Notes under the pieces: generated by a model
Seen by the model: only the letters and a program-made list of their open reading frames with translations
Databases searched by the model: none
What the model was told of the DNA's origin: nothing
Translations under genes and position numbers: made by a program
In this document: positions 36,605-49,482 of the stretch, in pieces
Layout of the letters: every line of letters begins with the position of its first letter
Numbering within the stretch: the stretch's first letter is position 1
From: Mustelus asterias
Taxonomy: Eukaryota
Direction: 5' to 3'
DNA length: 64,000 bases
Assembly (NCBI RefSeq): GCF_964213995.1
Contig: NC_135818.1
Span: forward strand, 61,256,001-61,320,000

Positions 36605-39215
36605 CCATAAGACTTGGAGCGGAAGTAGGCCATTCAGCCCATCAAGTTCTCCGCCATTCAATGAGATCATGATTGATCTGATATCACCCTCAACTCCACT
36701 TTCCCGCTTTATCCCTATAATCCTTGATTCACTTGCTGATTGAAAACCTGTCTATCACTTTGACCATACTTAACAACCCAACCTCTACAGCTCTGTGCGG
36801 TAAAGAATTCCACAGATTCACTGCCCTCTGAGAGAAGAAATTCCTCCTCATCCCTGTCATAAATGGGTGACCCCCTTACTCTGAGGTGACCTGTTTTGTG
36901 CCTCTCTCCTTTATTGAATAAGGGTGTTACATTGGCAGTTTTCCAATCCTCTGGGACTTTTCCAAAAATTAAGGATTCTTGGAAGATTATTGCCAGTGCA
37001 TCTATTGTCTCTTTAGCTCAGTGGTTCCCAAAGGGTGCGGCGCGCCACACTGGTGCGGCAAGAGAGGATGGCAAGTGTGGCGGGAAGATTCAAGGACAAT
37101 CAAAGAAACATTTAAACATGGATTAGCTATTTTTCCAAAGTGATTGATTTATACTTTCTGGATGTCCCATGATCATATTATAAAGTAGTTGTGTTCTATG
37201 TTATGAATCAAGCACTGCTAGGAGTTGTTTTTTTTGTTTTTGAATGTATTTCTTATCAATAAAAATTTGGTGTGGCGTGAGCAAATTTTTATTCCGAAAG
37301 TGCGGCCCAGTGAAAAAGGTTTGGGAACTACTGCTTTAGCTGTATCCTTTAATATCCTGGGATGCAACCCATCAGTTCTGGGGACCGATCAGCCTTTAAC
37401 CCCATTAGTTTCTCTCGAACTTTTTCTCTAGTGATAGTTACTGTGTTTGTATATTTCCTCCCCGACTTCTGCCCCTTGATTATTTAGTATTTTTAGAATG
37501 TTATTAGTGTCACTATGAAGACTGACGCAAAGTATTTTTTTAACTCCTCTGTCATTTCCTGGTTCCCCATTATTACTTCCCCAGTCTCATTCTCCAAGGG
37601 GCCTATGTTCACTTTGGCCTCTCTCTTCCTTTTTATAGATTTAAAGAAGCTCCCGTTTTTATATTACTTGCTAGTTTACACAATAGTTTATCTTCTACCT
37701 CTTTATTATTTTTTGGTCATCTTTTGTTGGTTTTTAAAACTTTCCCAATCTTCTGACCTACCATTAATCTTTGCCACCTTATATGTTTTTCCTTTCAGTT
37801 TAATATTATCCTTAACTTCCTTGGTTAACATTTATCCCCTTCCTAAAATCCTTCTTCCTCATTGGGATATGTCTTTGTTGTGAGTCATGAACTATTTTCA
37901 TAAACATCTGCCATTGCTGATCAACCACCTTTCCTGCCAAACTCCTTTCCCAGTCCACTCCCGCCAGCTATGCCCTCATTCCTTTATAATTACCATTATT
38001 TAACTGTAGCAGTTGTTTCTGACCCATATTTCTCACTCTCAAATTGAATGCTAAATTCTACCATATTATGGTCACTGTTTACCAGGGAACCTTTTACTCT
38101 TGAGATTGTTTATTAAACCTGCCTCATTACACGTTACCAGATCCAAAATAGCCTGATCCTGATTAGATCCACAATACATTGTTCTAGGAAACTATGCCAA
38201 GTACGCTCTATGAATTCTTCCTCATGGCCCCTTCTGTCAATTTGATTTTCTCAATCCACATGAAGATTAAAGTCACCCATGATTAAAGTACTGCCTTTTT
38301 TACACGTCCTTATTATCTCCTGTTTTATTCTGCATCCCACAGCATGTAGGGGGCCTATCAGTGTCTTTTTCCCTTTGTTATTTCTCACTTCCACCTGTAT
38401 GGATTCTACATTTTCCGATCCAAGATCATTTCTTGCTATTGTACTTATTCCATCTCACACTAACTAGGCCACCTCACCACTCTCTCCTTCCTGCCTATCC
38501 TTATGAAAAATCAAATACCCCTGAATATTTAGCTCTCACTTATGTTTCCATAATGACTGTAAGATCATAACCATTAACCCCAATTTGCACCATTAATTCA
38601 TTTATTTTGTGCTGAATACAATGTGCATTTAAGCAAATAGCCATTAATTTTGCCTTGTTACCATTTCTTTCCTTTTAGACCCTATTTGCTCCTTTTTGTT
38701 ATGTTTGTACACTCCGTCCCTGTCTGCAACATTCTGAGCATCATTACTTAAGTAGCTGCCTTGCAATGCTGCCATATCCTTTTGCTTTGTGAGCCTAAAC
38801 ATCCCCTCTCCAAAACCATTCCCCCACTCTATTTAGTTTAAAGCCCTCTCGACTTCCTAATATGCGGTTTGCAAGAACACTGGTTCCAGCATGGTTCAGA
38901 TGTAGGCTGCCCCAACAATACAGCCCTCACTTTCCCCAATACTGATGCCAGTGCCCCATGAACTGAAACCCACTTCTCCCACACCAGTCTTTGAGTCATG
39001 TATTCATCTCTTTAATTTTATATACCCTATGCCAATTTACACATGGCTCAGGTAATAATCCAGAGATTATAACCTTGGTTCTGGGTTTATAGTTTAGTGT
39101 CTAGCTCTTCAAACCTTCAATGCAGAACCTCTTTCTTCATTCTACCTATGTTGTTGGTACCCAAATAGGTCACAACAACGGGATCCTCCCCCTCCCACTG
39201 CAAGTTCCTTTCCCA
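36605..39215 (-). mobile_element. Older, internally deleted CR1 including 5' regions
   Basis: Tail ccataagacttggagcggaagtaggcc; body homologous to 13330-13840; extends into endonuclease/ORF1-like decayed sequence. Confidence 0.75.
37019..37333. mobile_element. hAT-type MITE, second copy
   Basis: TIRs cagtggttcccaaa / tttgggaactactg; 8-bp TSD ctttagct (37011-37018, 37334-37341). Confidence 0.9.
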
Positions 39216-39378
39216 TTCCAATAGTTCGACTATGGAGCGGTCCACTATGGAACACTATTCTCTTCAATCTACTACTGGATTCAGTGACTTAAGACATTTT
39301 CTATGTGTAAACAATTGTGGTTAAGCATTCCTGAAGCTGTGATATAAACCATGTATGCTTACACTATGTGTTCTGCAG

Positions 39379-39468
39379 GTTATTCTTCCATGCCGCCCAC
39401 ATGCTTCATCTTCTGTGGCAATTTTTCCTCTGCTCCCTATGGAAACAATCAGATCAAGTCTCTAACAG
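39379..39468 (+). CDS. POLE2: POLE2 exon 12
   Basis: 90 nt, [29 protein letters not shown]. Confidence 0.94.
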
Positions 39469-39562
39469 GTGAGGAATGGTTGATTTTCTTTTTAATTAAT
39501 TAATTCCTCACTTAGAACTCCAGCTTTATTTTTAATTTTTAAAAATCTTATCAAATTTTCAG

Positions 39563-39617
39563 AATCGCTGAAAACACTTGCAGATATGATCTGTGAATAT
39601 CCTAACATCCATAAAAA
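39563..39617 (+). CDS. POLE2: POLE2 exon 13
   Basis: 55 nt, SLKTLADMICEYPNIHK; AG/GT bounded. Confidence 0.93.
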
Positions 39618-39939
39618 GTAAGTGCAATAGAACATACAATCAACCCCGTCAGTAGATTGCAATAATTCTTGGTTAAGTGATTATGAAGGATTGCAATGGA
39701 TGGAGGAAGTAAATTCATTGAATTAATTAATCTTCAAAACATGCTAATGTTGACAGATCTGATGTTTTTGTCCTCTACTTTTCCCTTTGTACTTTTTTGT
39801 CTTTGTGCAAATTCAAGAAGTTCATTTGAGTTACTTTGCTCAATGTTTCCTAATCAGACTACAAGCCTGCCAGTTTATGTCCTGGTGTTCAAACCTAATG
39901 ATTGCTTACTATATTGTCAGCAGGATTATAGTTTAGTTT

Positions 39940-40218
39940 AGTTTATTTATTAGTGTCACAAGTAAGCTTACATTAACAGTGCAGTGAAGTTACTGTGAAA
40001 ATCCCCTAGTTGCCACACTCTGACGCCTGTTCGGGTACACTGAGGAGAATTTAGCATGGTCAATGCACCTAACCAGCACGTCTTTTGGACTGTGGGAGGA
40101 AACTGGAGCACCCGGAGGAAACACATACAGACACTGGAAGAATGTGCAGACTCTGCACAGACAGTGACCCAAAGTCCCAGGTGCTGTGAGGCAGCAGTGC
40201 TAACCACTGTGCCACCAT
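39940..40218 (-). mobile_element. tRNA-derived SINE
   Basis: Same family as 9909-10193. Confidence 0.82.
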
Positions 40219-40636
40219 ACTCCACCAATGGTGAGACAGTGGTATCGGGCAATTGTCCTTGAGGAGAAAAAAACTAGCTCAGGTGGACTGTCAGGTTATT
40301 TCTTTTGAGGATAGTTCTGTGCAGCAGTCATTGGGTGAGACATCTAAAACTTCCGAGGGGAATACAAAAACTATTAGTAAAGGTTCTACATTTTAGCTGT
40401 GCAAAATGTAAAGATGATGCTGAGTACAACCCAAAACAGTTACTGAACTATAACATTACTATGACATTAATATCTGAGAACAATCAACAACTTAGATTTG
40501 CTTTGAATCGTGAAAAATGTTCCAAGGCCACCAGCAGAAGGTCTGGAAATGGCTTTATAAATGAAGGTTTGAGACCACGAAGGGATTGGAACACAGTTTG
40601 TAGCACTGAGAGACTGAGAGCCAACTACAAAATCAG

Positions 40637-40960
40637 TAGAATCCATAGAATCGCTACAATGAGGCAATTTGGCCCATCGAGCCTGCACCAACAACAATCC
40701 CACCTGGGTGCTATTCCCGTAAACCAACCTATTTACCCTGCTTAGCCCCCCCCCCCAATGCTAAGAGGCAGTTTATCATGGCCAATCCACCTGACCTGCA
40801 CATCTTTGGACTTTGGGAAGGAACCGGAGCACCTGGAGGAAACACACACAGACAAGGGGAGAATGTTCAAACTCCACACGGACAGTCACCCAAAGCCGGA
40901 ATTGAACCCGGGTCCCTGGTGCTGTGAGGCAGCAGTGCTAACCACTGGGCCACCGTGCCG
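40637..40960 (-). mobile_element. tRNA-derived SINE with CR1-like tail
   Basis: Same family as 25566-25876. Confidence 0.78.
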
Positions 40961-43913
40961 TAAGCACAGGGTTGATGCTGAATGAAACTTTGTGCGGGTT
41001 ATATGAGCAGCATGATTTCGGGCGAGTTGAAGTGTATGGTGGTTGAAGGATGGAAGTTCAGTTTGAAGAGCATTGGAATAATAAAGTCTGGAACTTAAAA
41101 AGGACATGGATGAAAGCTTTAACAGCGGTAGATTAGCTGAAGGAAGGGTGCTGATGACTGAAGTTATAAAGGCGGAAGTGGGTGGGCTTTGTAATTGCGA
41201 GGATATAGGGTTGCAACCCATGCTCGGGAATAAATACAAGATTGTGAACAATCTTTTTCAATCTAAGAGGTAGCTGGAGGGAATAGAATCTGGTGAGATG
41301 TTTGTGATGGTGGCTGAAGATGATGGCTTTGATTTTCTCAATGCTAAATTGGTTGAAATTGAGGCTTATCCAGGACTTAATGTCAGATTAACAGGCTGAC
41401 AACACACAGACACGGAATGGTCAAGGGAGGCAATGGAGATATAGAGCTGAGTTTCATCTATGGAAATGTAGAAACTGATGTTATGTCTTTGTATGATGTT
41501 GGAGGGGGAATGTTTGGTCGACTGTGTCAAAGGCTGGAGGGATAGTGCACCACCGTTAGACTTGGAGACGTGTAGCATAAGCAGACTGGCATGGATTCTG
41601 AGTGTTTCAGTCTGATTGAATAGTTGGCCATTGCACTGGAATGTGGTCCAATGTAACATTCATGGTGAGACACAACAATGATTTGGACCATAGCAGCATT
41701 TAGCTGAAGTGAGTTCTGGCTTATCTAGGACACTGTTGGATATTCCGATAATCTGCCAAAGCAGCTTCAACGAGCAGGTCATTCCACATCTGTGGTTACA
41801 ACTGATAAAATAATGCTTCAGATTTTAACGTATTGTCAGAACTAATAAAGACTCCACACCTGACTAAGCATCTGTGGACAGAACAGTAACTTGATGAGCT
41901 GAGTGTTTCCAGCATTTTCTGTTTGTTTCAGATTTCGAGGGCTGAATCTTTGTCTTTGAGGTAGGAGTCAGGAACTCTAACTCCAAAATCCCATCTCCAT
42001 CCTAGTGCCCACTACCATATTTTCATCCCAGATGGAGTTAGGCCTGTCTGCTCCTGAAGCAGACTCGAGGCGGCAGCCAAGGTGGGTGAATGCCAATGAA
42101 GGCAGGTTAGAAAGCCCACCTCAATCCACTGGATAATCGGCCCAGTTCTATTCATGGTTGCTAGGCCCCCCCTAGCCCTCATCCCTCAACCTCTCCCACC
42201 CACATCCTTACCCCCTTCCAAACCATCCATGGGTCCTATACCCAATCTTTCAATATCCATTCCTTGCAGAACTAGTGAACTGTATAATAACACAGGCATG
42301 TCTTTAAATTGCCATGAAACTGTCAAAATAAGCAAACAGGTATTCAAAATGCCCTTATAACAAACCGATAAAATGGTCAATTCATAATCCCATAGAAAAA
42401 GCTTTAATCCTCTCAATCTCACCCAAATAGATAAGCAGGCATTGAAAAACCATTTCAAAGAAAGATAAAGCAAGTTCATATATATAACCTAACATAATAT
42501 TACAAGTTCATATAACCATCAATCAAGCAAAGCAAATGTCCCCTTCACAACTGTGTAAACAGCTCCCGAGAGACCTTGAATCCATTAGTGAGTTTGGAAC
42601 TTAGCCAAACATTGAAAATAGGATTTTATTGCACAGCTATGTAAACAAAGGCTCTAAAACTGAATACATTGCAACCTTTGAAGCAGGCTGAGCAGGTAGC
42701 TGTCAGGCTCAGTTAACCTACTCCTTTTATTAACAGTTTTAAAAGATTTCTGGCTCCAGATTAGGCATTCCTAATTAGGCATGTTACTCATGACACCTCT
42801 GAGTAGCTGTGAGCCATAGAAGTTGTGCACCATGCCTCCTGCAAAAACTTGCCCAACTCCATCAAAATTCAGGGGTTTGAAATGCCCAGCCTGCAATGCA
42901 CTAGGCAAAGGGTGGGATTGCTGTGTGCAGGCCTGCTACCTGCACCCTTATCTTAGGATCATAAAAATTCCACTAGAGGGAATTGGGGACATGAATCCCA
43001 GAATCGTGTCCTGCATGCCAGTTTTATAGCCCCACACCCGCTCCCCACATCTTCATTTCAACACAGACAGAAGCATGAAAATCCAAGTCTTGGCATCTGT
43101 AATTTCCTGCTTTCTGTTTCAGTGAAAGATTTAGCAGAAAGAGAAAACTGTCTGTCATCAGTGTAAACTGACTCCGTGCTTAAGGAAAATGTGGATGAGA
43201 GTCGACATGTATGTCAACAGTAAACGGAAGGGGAAAGATGAAAGCTTGAGGGAATATAGGAAGGAATGTGCTTGTTGTCTTATGACAGATAGGAATAGAA
43301 CATGAAAGGGCAGTGCCATAGAGATGCACTGTGGGGGTAGATGCAGAAATTGACTATATTGAAGGGTAAAGATGGATAATGCTATGGTAACAAACACTAC
43401 GACCAATGTAGTCCCTGCTGCGCATTGGACAAAATGCAGAACAGAGTAATTTTAACTCAATGATGGATGTGAAGATGGTAGATAATGGTACATTCAGTGG
43501 CCTTGAGGAGGAAAGAACAGAATGAACTCTTGAGGAAGAAGATAACTCTGGGTAGGAAGAAATATTTCAATAAATGAGAATTTAGGCATTGAGCCAAAGA
43601 GGAGTAGCTGAGTCCGAAAGAAGTCACAGAAGCAAGGGATTGGCTTTGTAGTAAAGATGAATCTGATGTGTAAGGAGTAATAAAGGAATAGCTGCAGAGT
43701 ATTATAGAGGTCCAGGGAAGTGATGGGGCAGCAAATGGTGAAGGCAGTTAAGTAGATTTCTTTGGAGTCCGAGAAGTTGATGACCTCCTCACGTTTGATA
43801 TCAGAGGCATAGGTTGAAGGTGGTGTGTAGCGAGGTTAATTAATTAAGGAAGATTGTGGCGAATATTGGATTATCCTTGCCCTCAAGATAATTCTCTTAA
43901 CTATTCTAAGATA

Positions 43914-44090
43914 TCATAGAATCCCTACAGTGCAGAAGGAGGCCATTTGGCGCATCGAGTCTGCACCGACCACAGTCCCACCCAGGCCCCACTCTTGTAA
44001 CCCCCCCTCTCCCCCATATTTACCCTGCTAATCCCTCTGACACTAGGGTTAATTTAACATGGCCAAGCAACCTAACCCGCACATCTTTGG
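43914..44090 (-). mobile_element. SINE 3' half
   Basis: catagaatccctacagtgcagaaggaggccat..ctaacccgcacatctttgg. Confidence 0.72.
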
Positions 44091-44420
44091 TGGCAGGCAT
44101 GTTAATCGCTTGCTCAGTCAGCACTATATGGCAACAGCAACTTGGGATTTATTACATCAGCTACACTCATAGTTGGGAGATTGAGCCAAACTACTTCCGA
44201 GCCAAGTAGACCTTAGTATAATTTTATAGTGTAGGAAAAATTACGATTCAGGGTTCTTCTTTTCACTTCAGTGTAGAACAGTTCACCTGATGTGATGTGG
44301 AATATTATTACGTCATCCTTTTAAAAAATAAATTCATGCTTTCAGTAAAAGTTGTAGAAATGTTTTATATTATATTATAGTCAATAATAGAATCTAAATA
44401 TTTTTCTTCTCATTTTGCAG

Positions 44421-44480
44421 CTGCCGCTTTGTTTTCGTTCCTGGCCCTGAAGATCCAGGTCCCAGTTCTATCTTACCCCG
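44421..44480 (+). CDS. POLE2: POLE2 exon 14
   Basis: 60 nt, CRFVFVPGPEDPGPSSILP. Confidence 0.94.
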
Positions 44481-44589
44481 GTAATCACTAGTCTTTACTG
44501 TATTTCTTCTCTTCTGCCCTTTTCAATATTGATGGTGTCCAGCACCATTGGACCAGAAACACAACTGCCTCTACTTTACATCTACTCTT

Positions 44590-44943
44590 CCTGCTGCTTT
44601 GGGAGAGCAGCCAACATAATCAAGGACCCATTCACCCCGGACATACTCTCTTCCACCTTCTTCCCGTTGGGAAAAAGATACAAAGTCTGAGATCACGTAC
44701 CAACCAACTCAAGAACAACTTCTTCCCTGCTGCTATCAGACTTTTGAATGGTCCTCTCATATATTAAGCTGATCTTTCTCTTCATCCTATCGGTAACTGC
44801 AACACTATATTCTGCACTCTATCCTTTCCTTCTCCCCTGTTTACTCTGTGAACAGTAAGTTTGGTCTGTATAGCTCGTAAGAAACAATACTTTTCACTGT
44901 ATCCCAATACACATGACAATAATAAATCAATTCAATTCAATCA
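44590..44943 (+). mobile_element. Rex/Babar LINE 3' end
   Basis: Homologous to 3850-4178; tail aataaatcaattcaattcaatca. Confidence 0.75.
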
Positions 44944-45311
44944 GCTCAGCAGCGACAGTGGGACTGAATGAATTCATTCTATTGCTATGAGTTTTCAATT
45001 AGCCCAGCCACTTCACTCATCTGTAACCCTTTTTGTGACAAATCACACTTGATGTTGTCTATCCCATACTTCCTAAGTCTTCTTTGGCTTCTTGTTCCAT
45101 GTAGCTCTGTATGCAGGACCATGAAAGGTATTCTAGCTGTTTACATCCTTGAAACGTTCCCAATAGCATTTTATTTTTAAAGTGTGGCATTCCATTTAAG
45201 CACTAAGAATCTCCCGAATGCAGTAGGAAGCAAGATTGCCTTTGGTAATTGTCTAAAATTGATTTTACAGATGGAAGATTATTTTATAACCCTACTTTCA
45301 TTTGTTTAAAG

Positions 45312-45389
45312 ACCTCCGCTAGCTGACTACATCACGGAGGAGTTCAGTAAGAGAGTTCCATTTTCTGTGTTTACTACAAATCCCTGCAG
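45312..45389 (+). CDS. POLE2: POLE2 exon 15
   Basis: 78 nt, PPLADYITEEFSKRVPFSVFTTNPC. Confidence 0.94.
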
Positions 45390-45504
45390 GTAAACTTTCT
45401 GCATAACTGATCGTTTCACAGTTTGCTGGTCGTTTCATTGAGTGGATATTCTGTAATTTTTTTTAAGCAGCATAATAATACTTTTCTGTGCTTAATTCTG
45501 TTAG

Positions 45505-45613
45505 GATTCAGTACTGTACTCAGGAGATCGTCATTTTTCGTGAGGATTTGGTAAATAAGATGTGTAGAAATTGTATCCGCTTTCCTGGCAGTAATTTGGA
45601 TATTCCAAACCAT
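45505..45613 (+). CDS. POLE2: POLE2 exon 16
   Basis: 109 nt, [36 protein letters not shown]. Confidence 0.96.
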
Positions 45614-45940
45614 GTGAGTAGCTCTTTATTTATTAACTCTGGTTTGGTGTTACCAACCACTACTGTAGACTGTCTTTGTATGCCCCATGAGCCTGAGTGT
45701 CACTTTACTTATCTTATTTCTGGGAATAAAAGCACTATACAGGGATCAAACACAATATTTGCCACTATATGCTGGTTTACTGAAATGTTCCATGTGCTGC
45801 CAAGTGATTCAGCTTGTCTTGACTATCATTCCCTACAATGAACAATTGGCAACTTCCCTCTCTCCAGAACAGTGGGATTGATGCCAGTTACAGCATTCTT
45901 TTATATGCTACCCTTGCTGAGATCAGCTAAATCAGCATTG

Positions 45941-47410
45941 ATCCTTTGTAGAGGTAACTGATGTTTAGCAGTACTAATTATAAAGCACCACAAATTGCGA
46001 TCTTGTCAATTTGATGGCTCAGTGAGTTTGCACCATCAAACGCACCACTGCCGCATTATTTCTGAATAAAATGCAAGTTTTCTAATTACAGCGCATAAAG
46101 AACCTTGAGGGTTAAATTGTATATAATAACACAATTCAAACTAGATTCTCCCCCATCATAGTCACTTATGGCAATCCAGGCTTAAATCTATTTATGTTAA
46201 ACTTTAGATAATTTTACTGTCAGAATCTGAAATTTTAATCCTAAAGGAAGCAAGGAAGTACTTGCAGTATACAATGCTGGCTAAATTAGCCTGATATCAA
46301 AACATTAAGGATTGCTACCTTACTACAGTTATTTTAATTTCTAAATGCAGATCCACCGGTTGGCACTAAGTTAGAATCTTGGAAATTTATGGTGCCGGGG
46401 ATTAACATGTCTGTGTTGGCTTTTTATTGGAGATGGATCCCACTGTTATGTTTCTGCCTGTAGGCCAGTGTCTCCCATGCTCTGAATGAATCAGTGGCCT
46501 CTGCCTCAACCTCTCCTTGTGGCAATGTATTCCTTGCTATAACAGTTCTGCATAAAGATGTATTACCTAACCTTTCTCCTCGTTCTCTTAGTAGTTATTT
46601 TAAATTGATGGCTCCTTTTGACTGACCTTCCAACCATAAGAAATTCTCCACAAAGTCTTCTCTGCTCTAATGAAAATCTAGCATAGTTGCTCAACCTTGT
46701 TATCATCCTTTTGGATCTGTGCCACACACCCTTTGTGGCTTTAATATCTTGTCTATAATCCTTACATGCCCTGTGTTACATTCGCAACTTCACTTCAAAA
46801 GTACTTTATTGGCTGTGAAGCACATTGAGAGGTCCTGAGGTGGTGAAAGACACTCCAAAAAAATGTGAGGTTTTTTTTATAATGAGGCCTCGCAAAATGC
46901 ACACCACATTATGGATTTGGCATTGCTTTAAACTGATATTTGGCATTGCTGTATATTAATTTATTATTACTGCTTCATTTATTTTATATCCTGTTAGTTA
47001 ACATATGTATTATATTTTCAGGCCTGTTCAGTTAGACACAATGCTCAAATTTTTAGGTGTTAATTTAATATTTATGACAAATATAGATAGAATATACAGC
47101 ATGCTGTACAAGCAAAATGGCCATAACAGTAAAGAGGACCCTTCACAACATTTCTGCTGTGAAACAATCATTTCAAATGAATGAAGTAAATATCTGTGTT
47201 CCTGAAACAACTTTAGCTTGTAGAGAATTCATCTTTGTTTCTTGTCTGGGTGTACATTCTTTCTTATTGCTGCTATGTGACAACTCTGTTGTAACTCTCT
47301 TGTTTCTCAGCTTTCCCAAAGATTTTACTACACTTGTTTAAACAGCTGGCACCTCCTTTGTGGTGCTTTATAATTAGTACTGCTAAACATCAGTTACCTC
47401 TACAAAGGAT
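45941..47410. repeat. Perfect 54-bp inverted repeat pair (45941-45994 / 47357-47410)
   Basis: atcctttgtagaggtaactgatgtttagcagtactaattataaagcaccacaaa and its exact reverse complement. Confidence 0.9.
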
Positions 47411-48077
47411 ATTCTTCCCTTTGGTGAAGACTATTTGACTGCAGGAACCATTCTGCCTATAAATTCCTCACTTTACAAAGGCATTTCCATGCTATCATCT
47501 TTCTTTCTACAATCTATCTATTCAGATGTTCTAAATATTGATTAACAAGTTTAACCTATTTTTAAAAATCTTTGATACAATTACAATAATAAAAAATAAG
47601 CACAGCAATATTACAGTAATGTGTCTCTTTGGAGAATTAATCAGGCCTGCTGCAGTACCTCTGAGTAATCCTTTGCATCCAATTCAATTGATATTAGAAT
47701 CCCTACAATGCAGGAGGCCATTCAGCCCATCAAGCCTGCACCAACTCTCGGAAGGAGCATCTTAACCAGCAAACTCCCCCCCCCTCCCCCACCCCGCCAC
47801 CCCATCCCTGTGCATTTACCATGACTAATCCACCTGACATCATTGACTCAAAACTATTATCCAGCAATTCCCCATACATGACATTTAATTTGATTTTGGT
47901 CCTTTTTGTGCATTTTACCTATTTGCTCACCCTTTAATACTTTTTTCAAAGCTGCATTTGAGATTCTTTACCTCCTGGGGGAGGAATCTATTCCTCAGTT
48001 GCTGACTCAGGAACAGTCTCTTGCGTATTTGGGTTGAAAAAAACTTCTGAGAGGCCAGTGCCCCTTCACCTAAACTG

Positions 48078-48860
48078 ATTTATTTACAATGGTTTGCAAT
48101 ACTCAGGCAGGTACTGACCAGTACAGAGCATTCACCCCAGTGCCAGTGACCCGGACACTCCACATTATCTTTTGATGCCAACCAAATAAACAAAATCAAC
48201 TTAACTTCAGGACAACTCAAAAGGGGCAGCTCCCAAAAAACAAAGCGGAAAGGAAGCTTAAAACATCAAATTAAAATGTGATTACAGGGGTCAGTAATAC
48301 ACCTCAGTCCCTGCGATGCCCAGCGGGCACAGAAGGCATTAACAGTGTCCTCGGACACCGCATGCTCCCTCTCCGGAGACACCCGGCCGCAAATGTAGTC
48401 GCAGTAGAGGGGGTAGACAGTCAGGTTGGACAACCCCCTCGGTTGCCCGCTGCCTGGACCTGTAGATGGAACGCCTTGCCAGGCCCAGGAGCTGGTTCAC
48501 GAGAAGGTCCTTCTCCTCTCCAGCTCCCCCGCCCCCCCCCCCCCCCCCCCCCCCGGCATCGGGCGCCTGTAGATCAGGAGCGTGGGGCTGAAGTGCAAAC
48601 AAAACATCAATAAAGGTTTTTGAGGAAACTGAAAGGTTGTGCAGCCTATAACACGGAACATAGACATGGTCCACGGACTTCACAAGGTTGCAAAAAGGGC
48701 ACGCTTGGGAGCCCGTGAACCGGTACAACCTACAATTGTACGGTACTGCTGCGTGCAGCACCCTCCACCCCAGGTCCTCAAGATAGTGGGGGGAAGATCC
48801 CTCTGTAGAGGGACCTCCGCTGGGGAAGGCCTCAATTAGAGAGCTCATATTTCAGCAGGT
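48078..48860 (-). mobile_element. Tx1/L1-clade LINE 3' end
   Basis: Zn-knuckle ACPFCNLVKSVDHVYVPCYRL and EDLGWRVLH..; ends in aataaa. Confidence 0.7.
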
Positions 48861-49024
48861 CCAACTCATGGACATGATTGAGGTCATTACAGGGTGACAG
48901 ATGAGTTAAAGTGTAACAGTTCTTTTTCCAGTAATCCATTTAGATTTTTGTTCCTTTGAGTCATTTTGAGGGTTTTTTTTGTGATGAAAATATTAATGTC
49001 ACTAATATTTTTCTTTCTTGGTAG

Positions 49025-49201
49025 TTTGTGAAGACCATCATAGCACAAGGACACCTAACACCGCTGCCACTGTTCGTCAGTCCTGTCTACTGGGCCTATG
49101 ATTATGCTCTTTCTGTGTACCCGGTACCAGACCTGATCGTGTTCGCCGACAAATATGATCCATTCAACATCACAAATACAGATTGTGTCTGTATCAATCC
49201 T
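49025..49201 (+). CDS. POLE2: POLE2 exon 17
   Basis: 177 nt, [59 protein letters not shown]. Confidence 0.96.
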
Positions 49202-49482
49202 GTAAGAACCACTGCTTAAAGTTCTTAGCACAATGTAACCTAAATTAATATTAGGAAAAAAACTAATTAGTACACCGCTTTAAAAATATTTTATTTCCAA
49301 TAATCTTCGTGAATTTTCTGAATTCAGTGTTACAGTGTTTTTTTAATTACTGTTAAGTATTGTACTTCTTTAACAAAATGTTGCAGCTTCTTGCAATGTT
49401 GTCACCTTCAATCAGTTGCCATTTGCAATGCATTTTTTTCTATTTTTCCTTTAATTTTTTTTGGCTGCCGTTCTTGCCACGA

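Noticed and set aside
48090-48125. Possible U2 snRNA fragment next to the Tx1-like element (gcaatac, ggtactg)
   Set aside because: Only two short words, in the wrong order for U2; no contiguous match.
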